From NCBI GenBank assembly GCA_022447855.1, contig JAKUTX010000001.1, forward strand, positions 236,435-300,434: a stretch of DNA of 64,000 nucleotides, written 5' to 3'. Shown here one piece after another: positions 30,583 through 39,934 of this stretch (the first letter of the stretch is position 1; every line of letters starts with the position of its first letter). The notes under the pieces were generated by a model that saw nothing but the letters and a program-made list of their open reading frames with translations, searched no databases and was not told the DNA's origin. This DNA is from SAR202 cluster bacterium (GTDB lineage Bacteria > Chloroflexota > Dehalococcoidia > Lucifugimonadales > UBA6927). Position numbers and translations under genes: made by a program.

Positions 30583-32862
30583 TTAATGCCCATCAGAACC
30601 CACATCGGGAGTAACTTTAATAATATGTTGATTTTCATCTCGTGGGAATTCCGAGAAGGTATTTTCTAATTTCGGAACTCTCATCCATTCACCTGTCTTC
30701 TCAATACGAACTTTCGAAGAAGCCCAGGCTAATGCTCCACTTTCTTCATCTATACTTGGGGTTAGAATTCCCATGACATTCGAACCACGATTTTCACTAT
30801 AACGACCTCCAGAAATATGACCCTGACCAATAGGAACAGAAAGAACTCCAGGAGGAACTGCAGGATGAGGAAATGCTAAAACTTGAATAGCCTTTCCGCT
30901 AGCTGAAATAACATTAATTACATCACCTTCTGAAATATCGAGTTTTTCAGCATCTGAGACGTTAATTTCGAGCCAAGTCTGCCAAGTTGCAGTTGTAATT
31001 GGATCAGGGGTAGCCTGTAACCAAGGCAAGAACGCCCCTTCTCCATTCCCAATACCTGTCGAAGTAAATGGAATCAAATGATATGGGAACTGACTCGGAG
31101 AGTGATCAAATTCTGGATTTTTGGGGACAGGAACAGCAGAAATAGTCGGAATATCACCCTGATATTTCGAATCCTTATCCCACCATCCTCCTCGCTGCAA
31201 AACCCCATACCAAAACGCATCAAAATCCCCGGCAGTAACGGAGCCCCTATTTTCTCTCCATAAATCCTCAGCACCTGCCTTAAGAATTTCTGCAAATGTA
31301 GAGCCAGGCAATCCTAAATCTAAACCTAACTGGGGAGCCAAACCAATCATAATATCTGCAAAATTCTTGGTCCCAAGCTCTTCACCCAAATTCTCATAAA
31401 ACGGCCTTACAACAGGCTGCTGAAATCCAATCAATTGATATCCAGGAGCCGGGTCAGGTATGTCACTACCCCAATCTTCAAACGCATCATGTTCAGGCAA
31501 TATGAGATCAGCCATAGCTGTAGTGTCGTCTAAAAAGTTAGATACTGCAAAAATAAATGGCACTTCAAAACTTGCTCGTCTAAACCCAGAATCTTCAGGC
31601 ACTCCGTCCCATGGATCTGCTCCTCTAATCATCAAGGCACTAATTTCCCCTCGAGACCTTTCCTGGGATAAATTTCTAAAATCTCCAAAAGAGGCAGACT
31701 TCTCACTAAAAGTAGACATTGGAGGTTCAGGATTGAAAATCACCCCTCCTTCAACCCCAACACTCCCCACAAGATAATTCAACCAATAAACGGCTTTCAT
31801 ATTGAAAAGCCCATTAGTGTGAGCAGCAGCAGACCCTCCTCCAATAGCTAAAGCAGGAGGATGCGAAGCAAATTCATGAGCAATTGACCGAATCTTTTCA
31901 GCTGACACACCCACATCTGAAGCAATTTTCTCGGGTGAGTATTGTTCAATAATTTCTATGTCTCCTGAACTCAATCCATTTCGAATTGAATCATCCACCA
32001 ATCCATCAGATAAAATTACATTTGCAATCCCAACAGCCAATATTCCTTCCCATCCGGGATTAACAGGAACCCATTGGTCCGCATTAGCTGCAGTAGCTGA
32101 GAATCTTGGATCAACATGAACAAGAGTACCTCTTTCTTCTCGACCTTTTCCTTGTCGAAATTCCCCATAAGCTTTCATGTATCTAGTGGGAGATGTCCAA
32201 GTATTCAACCAGTCAGCACCAAACGACAATATGTAATTTGATTTTGAAATATCAAAATCGGGCATTATTTCTTGAGAATAGATATCTTTAATTGCTCGAG
32301 AAATATTTGTCTGCTCAATGGTCTCGTACTGGAGATGACGACCCCCAAACCTCGAAACAAAACGTTGAGTTACATCACCCAAATGAGCAGAAAGTGGATT
32401 AGTTACCATCACTAAACCATTTTGTTTCCCTTCGGTCTGCAAAATTTGAAGCTGATTTGTAATTCTTGCAAGAGCATCACTCCAACCAATTTCATTAAAT
32501 TCTCCCTTGCCCCTATCACCTACCCTAAGCAAAGGACGATCAATCCGATCTGGATTGTAAACAGATTGCAAACTAGCCTCGCACCGAGCAGAGTGTTTAC
32601 CCATATTTATAGGATAATCAACATTCCCCTCAACCTTTTTGGCACGTCCTTCAAAAACCCTAACAACCAAACCTTCCGCAGTTGGACATTGCCTACACAA
32701 GGTTGCATACCAATTATCTAAACCTGTAACCAAATCTTCGGGCATTTGATGTGGCGAATTAATATACCTTGATTCTTCAGGAACTCCACAAGCAGCAAAC
32801 AAAACAGCACCAGTCGCAGACCCGCCAACCATTTGTAGAAATTGTCTTCTTGTTAAATCCAT
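30583..32862 (-). CDS. actB: Alternative Complex III molybdopterin-oxidoreductase-like subunit (ActB1) with Tat signal
   Basis: MDLTRRQFLQMVGG twin-arginine leader at ATG 32862. The track start at 32934 overlaps actA. Large MopB-like domain. The N-terminal Fe-S Cys motif is reduced to CRQC. Confidence 0.85.
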   Translation of the reverse strand: MDLTRRQFLQMVGGSATGAVLFAACGVPEESRYINSPHQMPEDLVTGLDNWYATLCRQCPTAEGLVVRVFEGRAKKVEGNVDYPINMGKHSARCEASLQSVYNPDRIDRPLLRVGDRGKGEFNEIGWSDALARITNQLQILQTEGKQNGLVMVTNPLSAHLGDVTQRFVSRFGGRHLQYETIEQTNISRAIKDIYSQEIMPDFDISKSNYILSFGADWLNTWTSPTRYMKAYGEFRQGKGREERGTLVHVDPRFSATAANADQWVPVNPGWEGILAVGIANVILSDGLVDDSIRNGLSSGDIEIIEQYSPEKIASDVGVSAEKIRSIAHEFASHPPALAIGGGSAAAHTNGLFNMKAVYWLNYLVGSVGVEGGVIFNPEPPMSTFSEKSASFGDFRNLSQERSRGEISALMIRGADPWDGVPEDSGFRRASFEVPFIFAVSNFLDDTTAMADLILPEHDAFEDWGSDIPDPAPGYQLIGFQQPVVRPFYENLGEELGTKNFADIMIGLAPQLGLDLGLPGSTFAEILKAGAEDLWRENRGSVTAGDFDAFWYGVLQRGGWWDKDSKYQGDIPTISAVPVPKNPEFDHSPSQFPYHLIPFTSTGIGNGEGAFLPWLQATPDPITTATWQTWLEINVSDAEKLDISEGDVINVISASGKAIQVLAFPHPAVPPGVLSVPIGQGHISGGRYSENRGSNVMGILTPSIDEESGALAWASSKVRIEKTGEWMRVPKLENTFSEFPRDENQHIIKVTPDVGSDGH

Positions 32863-32875
32863 AATATTTTCATCC

Positions 32876-33589
32876 CTAATAGTGACACACTGCACACTCC
32901 GCAGGCGCATTATTATCTCGGTGACAATTAACACAGTCTCCCATTTTTAATGGGCGAACTTGCTTAACTTTTGACATAGAACCTACATCTCCGTGACATA
33001 CTGCACAGACTTCCGACGATTCCACATTGATTACATCCCCTGCTTGAAGATCTGAATTACGTTTCATCTTTTGTGCATCATGCAAATATATTTGAGACTC
33101 TGGATTGGTCATTGTTTCAACAACGGTTTTACCTTCCCCAGAAAAACGTTTGATATGAGCATCATGAACAAACTGAACATGATCAGGAACTCTATGTATT
33201 CTAATCCAATTAATGCTTTTATCGAGATCGTAGTATTCTCGCAACTTAGCGACTTCTTCAGAATCATCCCCTACCACTTTGTGACAGGTCATACATAGTG
33301 ACACTGCCGGAACGGAGGCAGAAGCACCTTTTTCTACGTTCCTATGACAAAAAGTACAGTCCATTCCCAACTCTTGAACGTGTGTGGTATGAGGAAAAGC
33401 AATTGGTTGATCAGGCCCTTCATCATATCCAAACACAATTGGCCTTGCCCACCATGAAGAAATAATAAAAGTGAGTACTAAACCAAGTACAATTAAAACT
33501 CCTAAAGTAGAAGCTAAAGCCACCAACCCCAATATAACTCTTTTACGAGTAGGTTTAAGAATTTGTATGTCAAAATCGCCAGGAAGCAA
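32876..33589 (-). CDS. actA: Alternative Complex III pentahaem cytochrome c subunit
   Basis: Five CxxCH motifs (CTFCH, CMTCH, CAVCH, CVNCH, CAVCH) after one N-terminal TM helix. Confidence 0.88.
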   Translation of the reverse strand: MLPGDFDIQILKPTRKRVILGLVALASTLGVLIVLGLVLTFIISSWWARPIVFGYDEGPDQPIAFPHTTHVQELGMDCTFCHRNVEKGASASVPAVSLCMTCHKVVGDDSEEVAKLREYYDLDKSINWIRIHRVPDHVQFVHDAHIKRFSGEGKTVVETMTNPESQIYLHDAQKMKRNSDLQAGDVINVESSEVCAVCHGDVGSMSKVKQVRPLKMGDCVNCHRDNNAPAECAVCHY

Positions 33590-33601
33590 TAAAACCTCTA
33601 A

Positions 33602-33892
33602 TTAAATCCAATAATCCGGATAGAACGTACTGATGACTTCAGAATAACCAATAACTTTCCACATAAAAAAGGAACCAGCCAATATAGACAAAAACCCCAA
33701 TAAATAGAAAACAACTCGAAGCCTGGAGAAGCTTTCCGGTAAATGAGCAGTGATAACTAACGAAGGAATAATGGCATGCGCAAGTAGTAAAGTAGCTGAC
33801 GCAGAAAAAACAAAAGCGACAACTATCCATAAGTTAGTTAGCATCAAGCCAATTTGCGCCCACTGGGCACTAGTAATAGGGGTTGGATCCAT
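33602..33892 (-). CDS. Small 3-TM membrane protein, first gene of the act operon
   Basis: 96 aa with three hydrophobic helices. Ends 12 nt upstream of actA on the same strand. No family recognised. Confidence 0.5.
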   Translation of the reverse strand: MDPTPITSAQWAQIGLMLTNLWIVVAFVFSASATLLLAHAIIPSLVITAHLPESFSRLRVVFYLLGFLSILAGSFFMWKVIGYSEVISTFYPDYWI

Positions 33893-34083
33893 AAATAATT
33901 CTTAGTTACCGACTCTCCGGTGACTCCCTTCATCGTCGCTACTAAGCTATCATAGCATTAACCGCAGTGTCAAGTAATGAAACAGTCAATTTAACAAATA
34001 ATATTCTTAATAGACTATTATTAATTCTATTGTTAAACTCAACCGCAAAATAAACAGATTATTTTTAAAAATAAAGAGTATTT

Positions 34084-35274
34084 ATGAAAATCTCCGACGT
34101 AAAAACATTCCTAGTGCATCCAGGAATAGCAAAGAATCTTTGTTTCGTAAAAATAGAAACCGATAGTGAAATCTTTGGATGGGGTGAGTGTTACACACAA
34201 ACTGATCGAGACACTCAAATTGTTTCACATATTGAGCAAATCAAACGCTATTTAATTGGAAGGGATCCCAGAAACATCAAACACTTCACGCAATCATTTT
34301 TTAATGATTTTGCAGGAAGAAGAGGTTCGATGGAATTTTTTTGTGCAATTAGTGGGCTCGAACAAGCAATGTGGGATATTACAGGAAAACTACTCAATGC
34401 TCCAGTTCACCAATTATTAGGAGGAGCATTTCGAAACAAAATTCGGGTGTATGCTAATGGATGGACATCAAAAAACATCCCTGAAGAATACGATTCAACA
34501 TTAACAAAACCACTTACTCAAACTGAAAGACTATCAATTTTAGCAAAAGAAACTGTTAAATCAGGATTTACAGCATTAAAATTCGATCCAATCCCTGGCC
34601 CTTGGCGAACTCATATCGATAAAACAACAGAATACAATGCAATAGAAAATGTTGCCGCTGTAAGAAATGCAGTTGGAGATGAAATTGACATTATGGTCGA
34701 AATCCACAGGCGTTTAAGTCCATCTAGCGCAACAAAAATTGCCAAATCAATAGAAAAATATAACCCATTTTGGTTTGAAGAACCTGTATTAGCAAAAAAC
34801 ATTAAAGCATTGGAAATGGTTAAAAAATCAATATCCATACCAGTAGTTACAGGTGAAGAGTTATACACCAAATTTGAATTCCGTGAAGTTTTCGAACGCC
34901 AAGCGGCAGACATTATAAATCCAGATATATGCAATGTGGGAGGGATTTTAGAATTAAAAGAAATAGCTGCTATGGCCGAACCCTACTTTATTGGTGTTTC
35001 ACCTCATAATTACAATAGTACGACTATAGGATTGGCAGCAACTTTACAATTATGTGCTACGATCCCCAATTTCATAATTACAGAATATTTTACCAACCTT
35101 GAGAGTTTTGGGAATAAGATTTCCAAAACGCCACTTAAAATAGAAAATGGATATATTGAATTACCTAATTCACCTGGGCTTGGTATGGAATTAAACGAAT
35201 CCATACTTGAGCAATACCCTTATAAACAATTTCCTCCCAAGCCACCAGTTCAGTACTTCAACGAAGGGCCCTAA
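34084..35274 (+). CDS. Enolase-superfamily enzyme (mandelate racemase / acid-sugar dehydratase type)
   Basis: MKISDVKTFLV... capping domain, GWGEC and AISGLEQAMWDITGK motifs. The barrel domain has metal-ligand acidic residues (MVEIHR..., FWFEEP, GEEL). Confidence 0.85.
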   Translation: MKISDVKTFLVHPGIAKNLCFVKIETDSEIFGWGECYTQTDRDTQIVSHIEQIKRYLIGRDPRNIKHFTQSFFNDFAGRRGSMEFFCAISGLEQAMWDITGKLLNAPVHQLLGGAFRNKIRVYANGWTSKNIPEEYDSTLTKPLTQTERLSILAKETVKSGFTALKFDPIPGPWRTHIDKTTEYNAIENVAAVRNAVGDEIDIMVEIHRRLSPSSATKIAKSIEKYNPFWFEEPVLAKNIKALEMVKKSISIPVVTGEELYTKFEFREVFERQAADIINPDICNVGGILELKEIAAMAEPYFIGVSPHNYNSTTIGLAATLQLCATIPNFIITEYFTNLESFGNKISKTPLKIENGYIELPNSPGLGMELNESILEQYPYKQFPPKPPVQYFNEGP

Positions 35275-35636
35275 TTCTCCAATTGCAACAACTGCAAAAA
35301 ATTTCCATCTGGATCTTTGAAAGTACTCACCCATCCACCCCAATGTTCACGTATTGGAATGCGAACGAATTCAACTCCACGCAACGATAAAGTTTGAAAA
35401 GCCAATTCGATATCCTCAGTTAAAAAATTTACCATTATCCGAAGCGGATCATGATTTTTTTTGTACAATTCAGAATGAATCCCCAAACTCAATCTCATAT
35501 CCTTCCAACTGAAAACAACAAAGTCGTCCCTCTGTGAATGAATCTTTAAATCCAAAATCTGCGAATAAAATTCAACCATCTTAGTGAAGGAATCTTTTTC
35601 TGTCCAGATTATTATGCCTCCTATGGAATTGATCAT
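35271..35636 (-). CDS. VOC-family (glyoxalase/bleomycin-resistance fold) protein
   Basis: 121 aa. C-terminal FKDPDGNFLQLLQ strand motif typical of VOC proteins. Overlaps the convergent enolase-type gene by 4 nt. Confidence 0.7.
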   Translation of the reverse strand: MINSIGGIIIWTEKDSFTKMVEFYSQILDLKIHSQRDDFVVFSWKDMRLSLGIHSELYKKNHDPLRIMVNFLTEDIELAFQTLSLRGVEFVRIPIREHWGGWVSTFKDPDGNFLQLLQLEN

Positions 35637-35729
35637 TAAAACTTCTCTCCAAATTCTTAAATCAATTTAGCTAATTATATCTAATAAAAATTTATTTTAT
35701 TTTCTTATGTTGGAGTGTATAATCGCTGC

Positions 35730-35888
35730 AGAGACAGTAAGGGATGTGTTGATAGTCGAATAGAGGTCTCAAGAAAGGAGGTATTGAAATTGGATAGTAG
35801 TATACGGAGGTGGACTAGATAGGTGTTCTCTAGGACACCTCTAACTAGTAGAGGGTGGTTCTGTCGATGACAGAGCCACCCTCTTTTA
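35730..35888 (+). ncRNA. Candidate orphan small RNA or very small ORF transcript
   Basis: TATAAT at 35718-35723 in AT-rich DNA. About 160 nt downstream sits a strong plus-strand intrinsic terminator. No plus-strand gene is available to use either signal. It contains AAAGGAGGT (35775-35783) followed by a 10-codon TTG ORF (35790-35822) and mutually exclusive hairpins at 35815-35840. Confidence 0.3.
35850..35888 (+). terminator. Rho-independent terminator (plus-strand polarity)
   Basis: 16-bp stem AGAGGGTGGTTCTGTC / GACAGAGCCACCCTCT (one G-U pair), 3-nt loop, then TTTTAT. On the minus strand the hairpin is not followed by a U-run. Confidence 0.65.
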
Positions 35889-35891
35889 TAA

Positions 35892-37121
35892 TCAACTTAA
35901 AAATCTACGTAAAAAGTCTAAGGCATTTAATGACATACGAGTTCTATCAGGAATACCATATCCAGCAAAATTATAGGATTTCCTTGCAAATCTTTTTCCA
36001 TCAGTAATGGAAATAAAAGTTTGACCTTTACTAAGATTTTCTACATGTTCTTGTTGTAATACAATTGCATGAATTGCTAACCCTATTTCAGATTTCGATT
36101 TCTCACGAATCATCAACGCCATTTGATCTGCCATTTCAGAGGAACCCTCTTTTAATGTCTTATAATTCGGAATCGTACGGAAAACATGTGAATCTTCTAG
36201 ATCATGGTTCACAGTTAATCCTTCATAAACATGACTTCCTGAAGCATCAAAAAGCATCTGCGATGCAATACCGCCAGTTACATCCTCGCATAAAGACAAC
36301 GATATTTTGTTTTCAGACAACAATTTCGTAACTATCCCTGGCAATGTTTCCTCATCCTCGCCGAAAATATTATCCCCTAACAAATCCCGGATTTTTTTCT
36401 CAATTGGACGAATTAGATCCTCAGCTTCAATTGAACTTTTAACTTTAGCAGTGATTCTAATATCAACTTGCCCAGGATGCGCTAGGACTCCAACTGTAGG
36501 ATTTTTTGAATTGGCAATAAAATCACCAATTTTATCATCCACTGCGCTCTCTCCAATATCTGCCACCTTAAGAATTTTATAAGTAATCATTTGTTGTAGG
36601 TTGAATTTTTTACGCAAATATGGAGCAACTTCATTATCAAAAAGCCATTTCATTTCAAATGGCACGCCAGGCAATGCAATCACAACTGATTCCTTATGTT
36701 CTGAAAAAAATGCAGGTGCAGTACCATTGGGGTTTTTAATGGGGATGGATCCTTTAGGTATATCAGCTTGTCGTGAATTATTAGCTGTCATTATTAATCC
36801 ACGACTTTGGAATCGTTCATCAATTTGTTTTACAAGCCCAGGATCTCTTACTAAGTCTACGTGCAAAACTTCTGCTATGATTTCGCGAGTAATATCATCT
36901 TGAGTAGGACCTAATCCTCCTCCAGTAATTACCACATCAGAACGATTAATAGCCCTAGAAAGCACTTCATTCATTCTTTCAGGATTATCGCCTACTGTAG
37001 TTTTGTAGTACAAGTCAACACCTAAATCAGTCAATCTTTGAGCAATCCACGATGCATTCGTATCAACAATTTGCCCTAACAACAATTCAGACCCTATAGA
37101 AATAATTTCTGCTTTTACCAA
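35892..37121 (-). CDS. cinA: CinA-family competence/damage-inducible protein (MoCF-type domain plus CinA C-terminal NMN-deamidase-like domain)
   Basis: AEIISIGSELLLGQIVDTNASWIAQRL and ITGGGLGPTQDDITRE motifs. 409 aa. TTG start. Confidence 0.85.
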   Translation of the reverse strand: MVKAEIISIGSELLLGQIVDTNASWIAQRLTDLGVDLYYKTTVGDNPERMNEVLSRAINRSDVVITGGGLGPTQDDITREIIAEVLHVDLVRDPGLVKQIDERFQSRGLIMTANNSRQADIPKGSIPIKNPNGTAPAFFSEHKESVVIALPGVPFEMKWLFDNEVAPYLRKKFNLQQMITYKILKVADIGESAVDDKIGDFIANSKNPTVGVLAHPGQVDIRITAKVKSSIEAEDLIRPIEKKIRDLLGDNIFGEDEETLPGIVTKLLSENKISLSLCEDVTGGIASQMLFDASGSHVYEGLTVNHDLEDSHVFRTIPNYKTLKEGSSEMADQMALMIREKSKSEIGLAIHAIVLQQEHVENLSKGQTFISITDGKRFARKSYNFAGYGIPDRTRMSLNALDFLRRFLS

Positions 37122-37123
37122 AA

Positions 37124-38242
37124 CTAAACTTCTCTCTCAAAATCTATCAAACTGTTTATTACTGGCAAAACTTTTTCAGACACCCTCTCACATTCTTCTA
37201 AATGAGGAAATCCAGAAAGAATAAATTCATCAATTCCTAACTTCCAATATTGTAAAATTTCTTCAGCAACTTGTTGATAAGATCCAACAATAGCTGTACC
37301 GCAATTGACTCGAACTTCAGAAATTCCATTCCATAGCCTTGCAGATAATTTATGATTATCTGCAAACTTAACTTGTGCTTTATGACCCACCATAGCACTC
37401 CCTTGAACAGATTCTTTCCGTTGAGATTTTACTATGTCTGTAGCCTCAGACAACAAGTCTGTGGAGGCTTCCCATGCTTGCTCTTCAGTTTCACGAGCAA
37501 TGATATGTGTCCTAAGTCCGAACCTTAGTAATCTTCCACTAGAATTTGCACTTTCGTTTGCACGAGTTATTAATTCTCTAATTTTTTCAACAGGTTGAAT
37601 CCACATCAACAGTACATCTGCATGTGCACCAGCAAGATTAATAGCATTGGGAGATGCTCCTCCTAAATAAATATTGGGCCCATCCCCCTTAGGTCTTGGA
37701 GAGCAAATCGCATTATACAAATTGACATATTCTCCACGGAAATTCACAGGGCCGCTAGAAGTCCACATCTTTCTGCAAGCCATTAAAAACTCTTCAGCAC
37801 GATCATATCTCCCTGAATGATCCAAACTCTCTCCAAACCTATCAACATCTCCTTGAATCCCTCCAGGGACCAAATTAATATCTAATCTGGAATCACTAAT
37901 ATTGTCGAAGGCAGCTGCCATCTGAGCAAACAATCCAGTAGAAATGTAACCAGGACGTACAGCAATCAAAAATCTGATTTTTTGTGTAATAGCCATCAAT
38001 GCAGTAGCTGTAGTCCAAGTCTCAGCAAGAGGAGAATTTTCCTCAAACATACCATTCGAAAATCTTGTGGGAATTAACATCGAATAAAATTCCGATTGTT
38101 CGGCCATTCTAACAATTTCACTTAGATAACCAAAAGTAGGAGGTCTCTCAGGCTTAATGGTTCCAATATGTTCCCCGTCTCCATCAATAGGAATAAACCA
38201 ATCAAACTTGGGCTTAGGACGCGCACATCCTTTTTTCAACAT
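37124..38242 (-). CDS. Luciferase-like (flavin-dependent, SsuD/LLM-type) monooxygenase
   Basis: 372 aa. By eye it resembles LLM TIM-barrel monooxygenases (FDWFIPIDGDG..., ...GGASPNAINLAGAHADV...). Its stop lies 2 nt from the cinA start. Confidence 0.6.
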   Translation of the reverse strand: MLKKGCARPKPKFDWFIPIDGDGEHIGTIKPERPPTFGYLSEIVRMAEQSEFYSMLIPTRFSNGMFEENSPLAETWTTATALMAITQKIRFLIAVRPGYISTGLFAQMAAAFDNISDSRLDINLVPGGIQGDVDRFGESLDHSGRYDRAEEFLMACRKMWTSSGPVNFRGEYVNLYNAICSPRPKGDGPNIYLGGASPNAINLAGAHADVLLMWIQPVEKIRELITRANESANSSGRLLRFGLRTHIIARETEEQAWEASTDLLSEATDIVKSQRKESVQGSAMVGHKAQVKFADNHKLSARLWNGISEVRVNCGTAIVGSYQQVAEEILQYWKLGIDEFILSGFPHLEECERVSEKVLPVINSLIDFEREV

Positions 38243-39934
38243 TTACTCCTCTGACTTCCAAGATGATTTCCAACGATCTACCGCAGCTTGAGCTCTCGGG
38301 CTAATTGCTCTCTGTACCGACACATTTAGTAATGATGGTCTATTAAATTTCAATGCTCTTTCAAGAGCATCTGGAAGCTCCTCAATATGTTCGACATGTT
38401 CTCCATAACCCCCAAGCGAACGTACTAATTGGTCATACTTACTTGGTAACAAATCAGTTGCAACGGAACGATCATATAATTGTAACTGAATCTGCCTGTC
38501 TATTCCCCATGCAGAATCATTACCTAAAACACATACTATTGGTAAATTATGTCTAACAGCCGTATCAAATTCAAAACCATTAAATCCAAATGATCCATCT
38601 CCGCTAAACAATATTACGCGACGTTCAGGATGAGCTATCTTCAATGCCAAAGCAGTAGGCAATCCAGAACCTAACATTCCTAATGGTGGTAAATACCACC
38701 AACTACGAGGATTTACTGCTGGCAAATAAGCCCTTGCAAAATGACAAAAATCCCCACCGTCAAAAACCAATAAATCATCAGGCTCTAAAAAAGATTTTAC
38801 AGTATTATGTACTGCCATAGCATGTAATGGATTCTCACTCTTAGCAAAAGATTCCAATACTTCAAAATGCTTGCGTCGTGCAATAGTTAGTTGTTTGATC
38901 CATGGTTTAAAAGTTGGCCAAATTCGTTTTTTAGCACTATCTATCACAATATCTAAAACACTACTTACATCTCCACAAATCCCAACTTCAACAGGCCTAT
39001 TCCTGCCAATCTCTGACTGCTGCGGATCAATCTGCATTAACGCAGCTTCTTTTGACACTATAGGAGGAGCGGTATATCCAATAACAAAATCTTGCTTCCT
39101 CCCCAACAAAAGCACAACATCTGCATCAGAAATCAATTTTGAGGCACCGTTAAGAGCGGTATCAAAAAAACCAAAACATAGAGGATGATCATCAGACACA
39201 ATCCCCCTCGCATCACCTTCAGTTAATAAGGGAATCCCAGACATTTCGACAAACTCTTGAATTCTCCGTCCTACGTCACCATAAGATGCAGCAGATCCAG
39301 CAATAATTAAAGGACGCTCAGCAGAAATTAATATCTCTAACAATTGATCAATTTGCTTACTTGAAATTGATTCCTGAGGATTGTTCATATTGCCTCTAAA
39401 TGATTCAATTTCGGGAATTTGGTCTGGCTGAATTTTTTGCTCTTGAACATCAACAGGAATTGTCAGATGAACAGGGCCACGACGTCCACTATATGCCAAT
39501 TTAAGTGCACGATTCATCATGAGGGGAATCTTCGCTGCATCATCAATAATCCAAGAAGCTTTTGTAACTGGTGCAGCCATGCCGACCTGATCAATCTCCT
39601 GCATAGCGCCTTTACCTAATTCAGATGTTTCAGCACTACCACTAATTGATAACATTGGACTTTCTGCATGTAGAGCGCTAGCAAGACCCGGAATAGCATT
39701 TGCAAAACCTGGAGTCGTAGTCATCACAATTCCTGGATTATCTGTAGCTCTAGCCCAGACATCTGCCATATGAACTGCAGCTTGCTCATGCCTCGTATCA
39801 AAAAATCTGAAATCGAAATCAGACATTACGTCTATCACAGGCAGAATATGATCTCCTGCAAGGGTGAAAATATTCTTTACTCCCTCTTTAGCTAATACAT
39901 TGGCAATAAGATGACTACCAGTAATTTTACTCAT
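38243..39934 (-). CDS. Thiamine-diphosphate-dependent enzyme (acetolactate synthase / oxalyl-CoA decarboxylase-like family)
   Basis: N-terminal Pyr domain (GVKNIFTLAGDHILPV). ThDP motif GDGSFGFNGFEF...LGND. 563 aa. Confidence 0.8.
   Translation of the reverse strand: MSKITGSHLIANVLAKEGVKNIFTLAGDHILPVIDVMSDFDFRFFDTRHEQAAVHMADVWARATDNPGIVMTTTPGFANAIPGLASALHAESPMLSISGSAETSELGKGAMQEIDQVGMAAPVTKASWIIDDAAKIPLMMNRALKLAYSGRRGPVHLTIPVDVQEQKIQPDQIPEIESFRGNMNNPQESISSKQIDQLLEILISAERPLIIAGSAASYGDVGRRIQEFVEMSGIPLLTEGDARGIVSDDHPLCFGFFDTALNGASKLISDADVVLLLGRKQDFVIGYTAPPIVSKEAALMQIDPQQSEIGRNRPVEVGICGDVSSVLDIVIDSAKKRIWPTFKPWIKQLTIARRKHFEVLESFAKSENPLHAMAVHNTVKSFLEPDDLLVFDGGDFCHFARAYLPAVNPRSWWYLPPLGMLGSGLPTALALKIAHPERRVILFSGDGSFGFNGFEFDTAVRHNLPIVCVLGNDSAWGIDRQIQLQLYDRSVATDLLPSKYDQLVRSLGGYGEHVEHIEELPDALERALKFNRPSLLNVSVQRAISPRAQAAVDRWKSSWKSEE

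Noticed and set aside
30583-32862. The MopB-like protein with a Tat signal as a catalytic molybdoenzyme (polysulfide, thiosulfate or tetrathionate reductase with PsrB/PsrC partners).
   Set aside because: It is flanked by a pentahaem cytochrome, two NrfD-like subunits, a DUF3341-like protein and a monohaem lipoprotein. That is the ACIII signature, and in ACIII this subunit is thought to lack the cofactor. The N-terminal Fe-S Cys motif is degenerate here.
34009-34031. Inverted repeat AATAGA-N11-TCTATT in the divergent act/enolase promoter region, considered as a possible operator.
   Set aside because: The arms are only 6 bp in very AT-rich sequence, so this is expected by chance. I could not match it to any regulator consensus.
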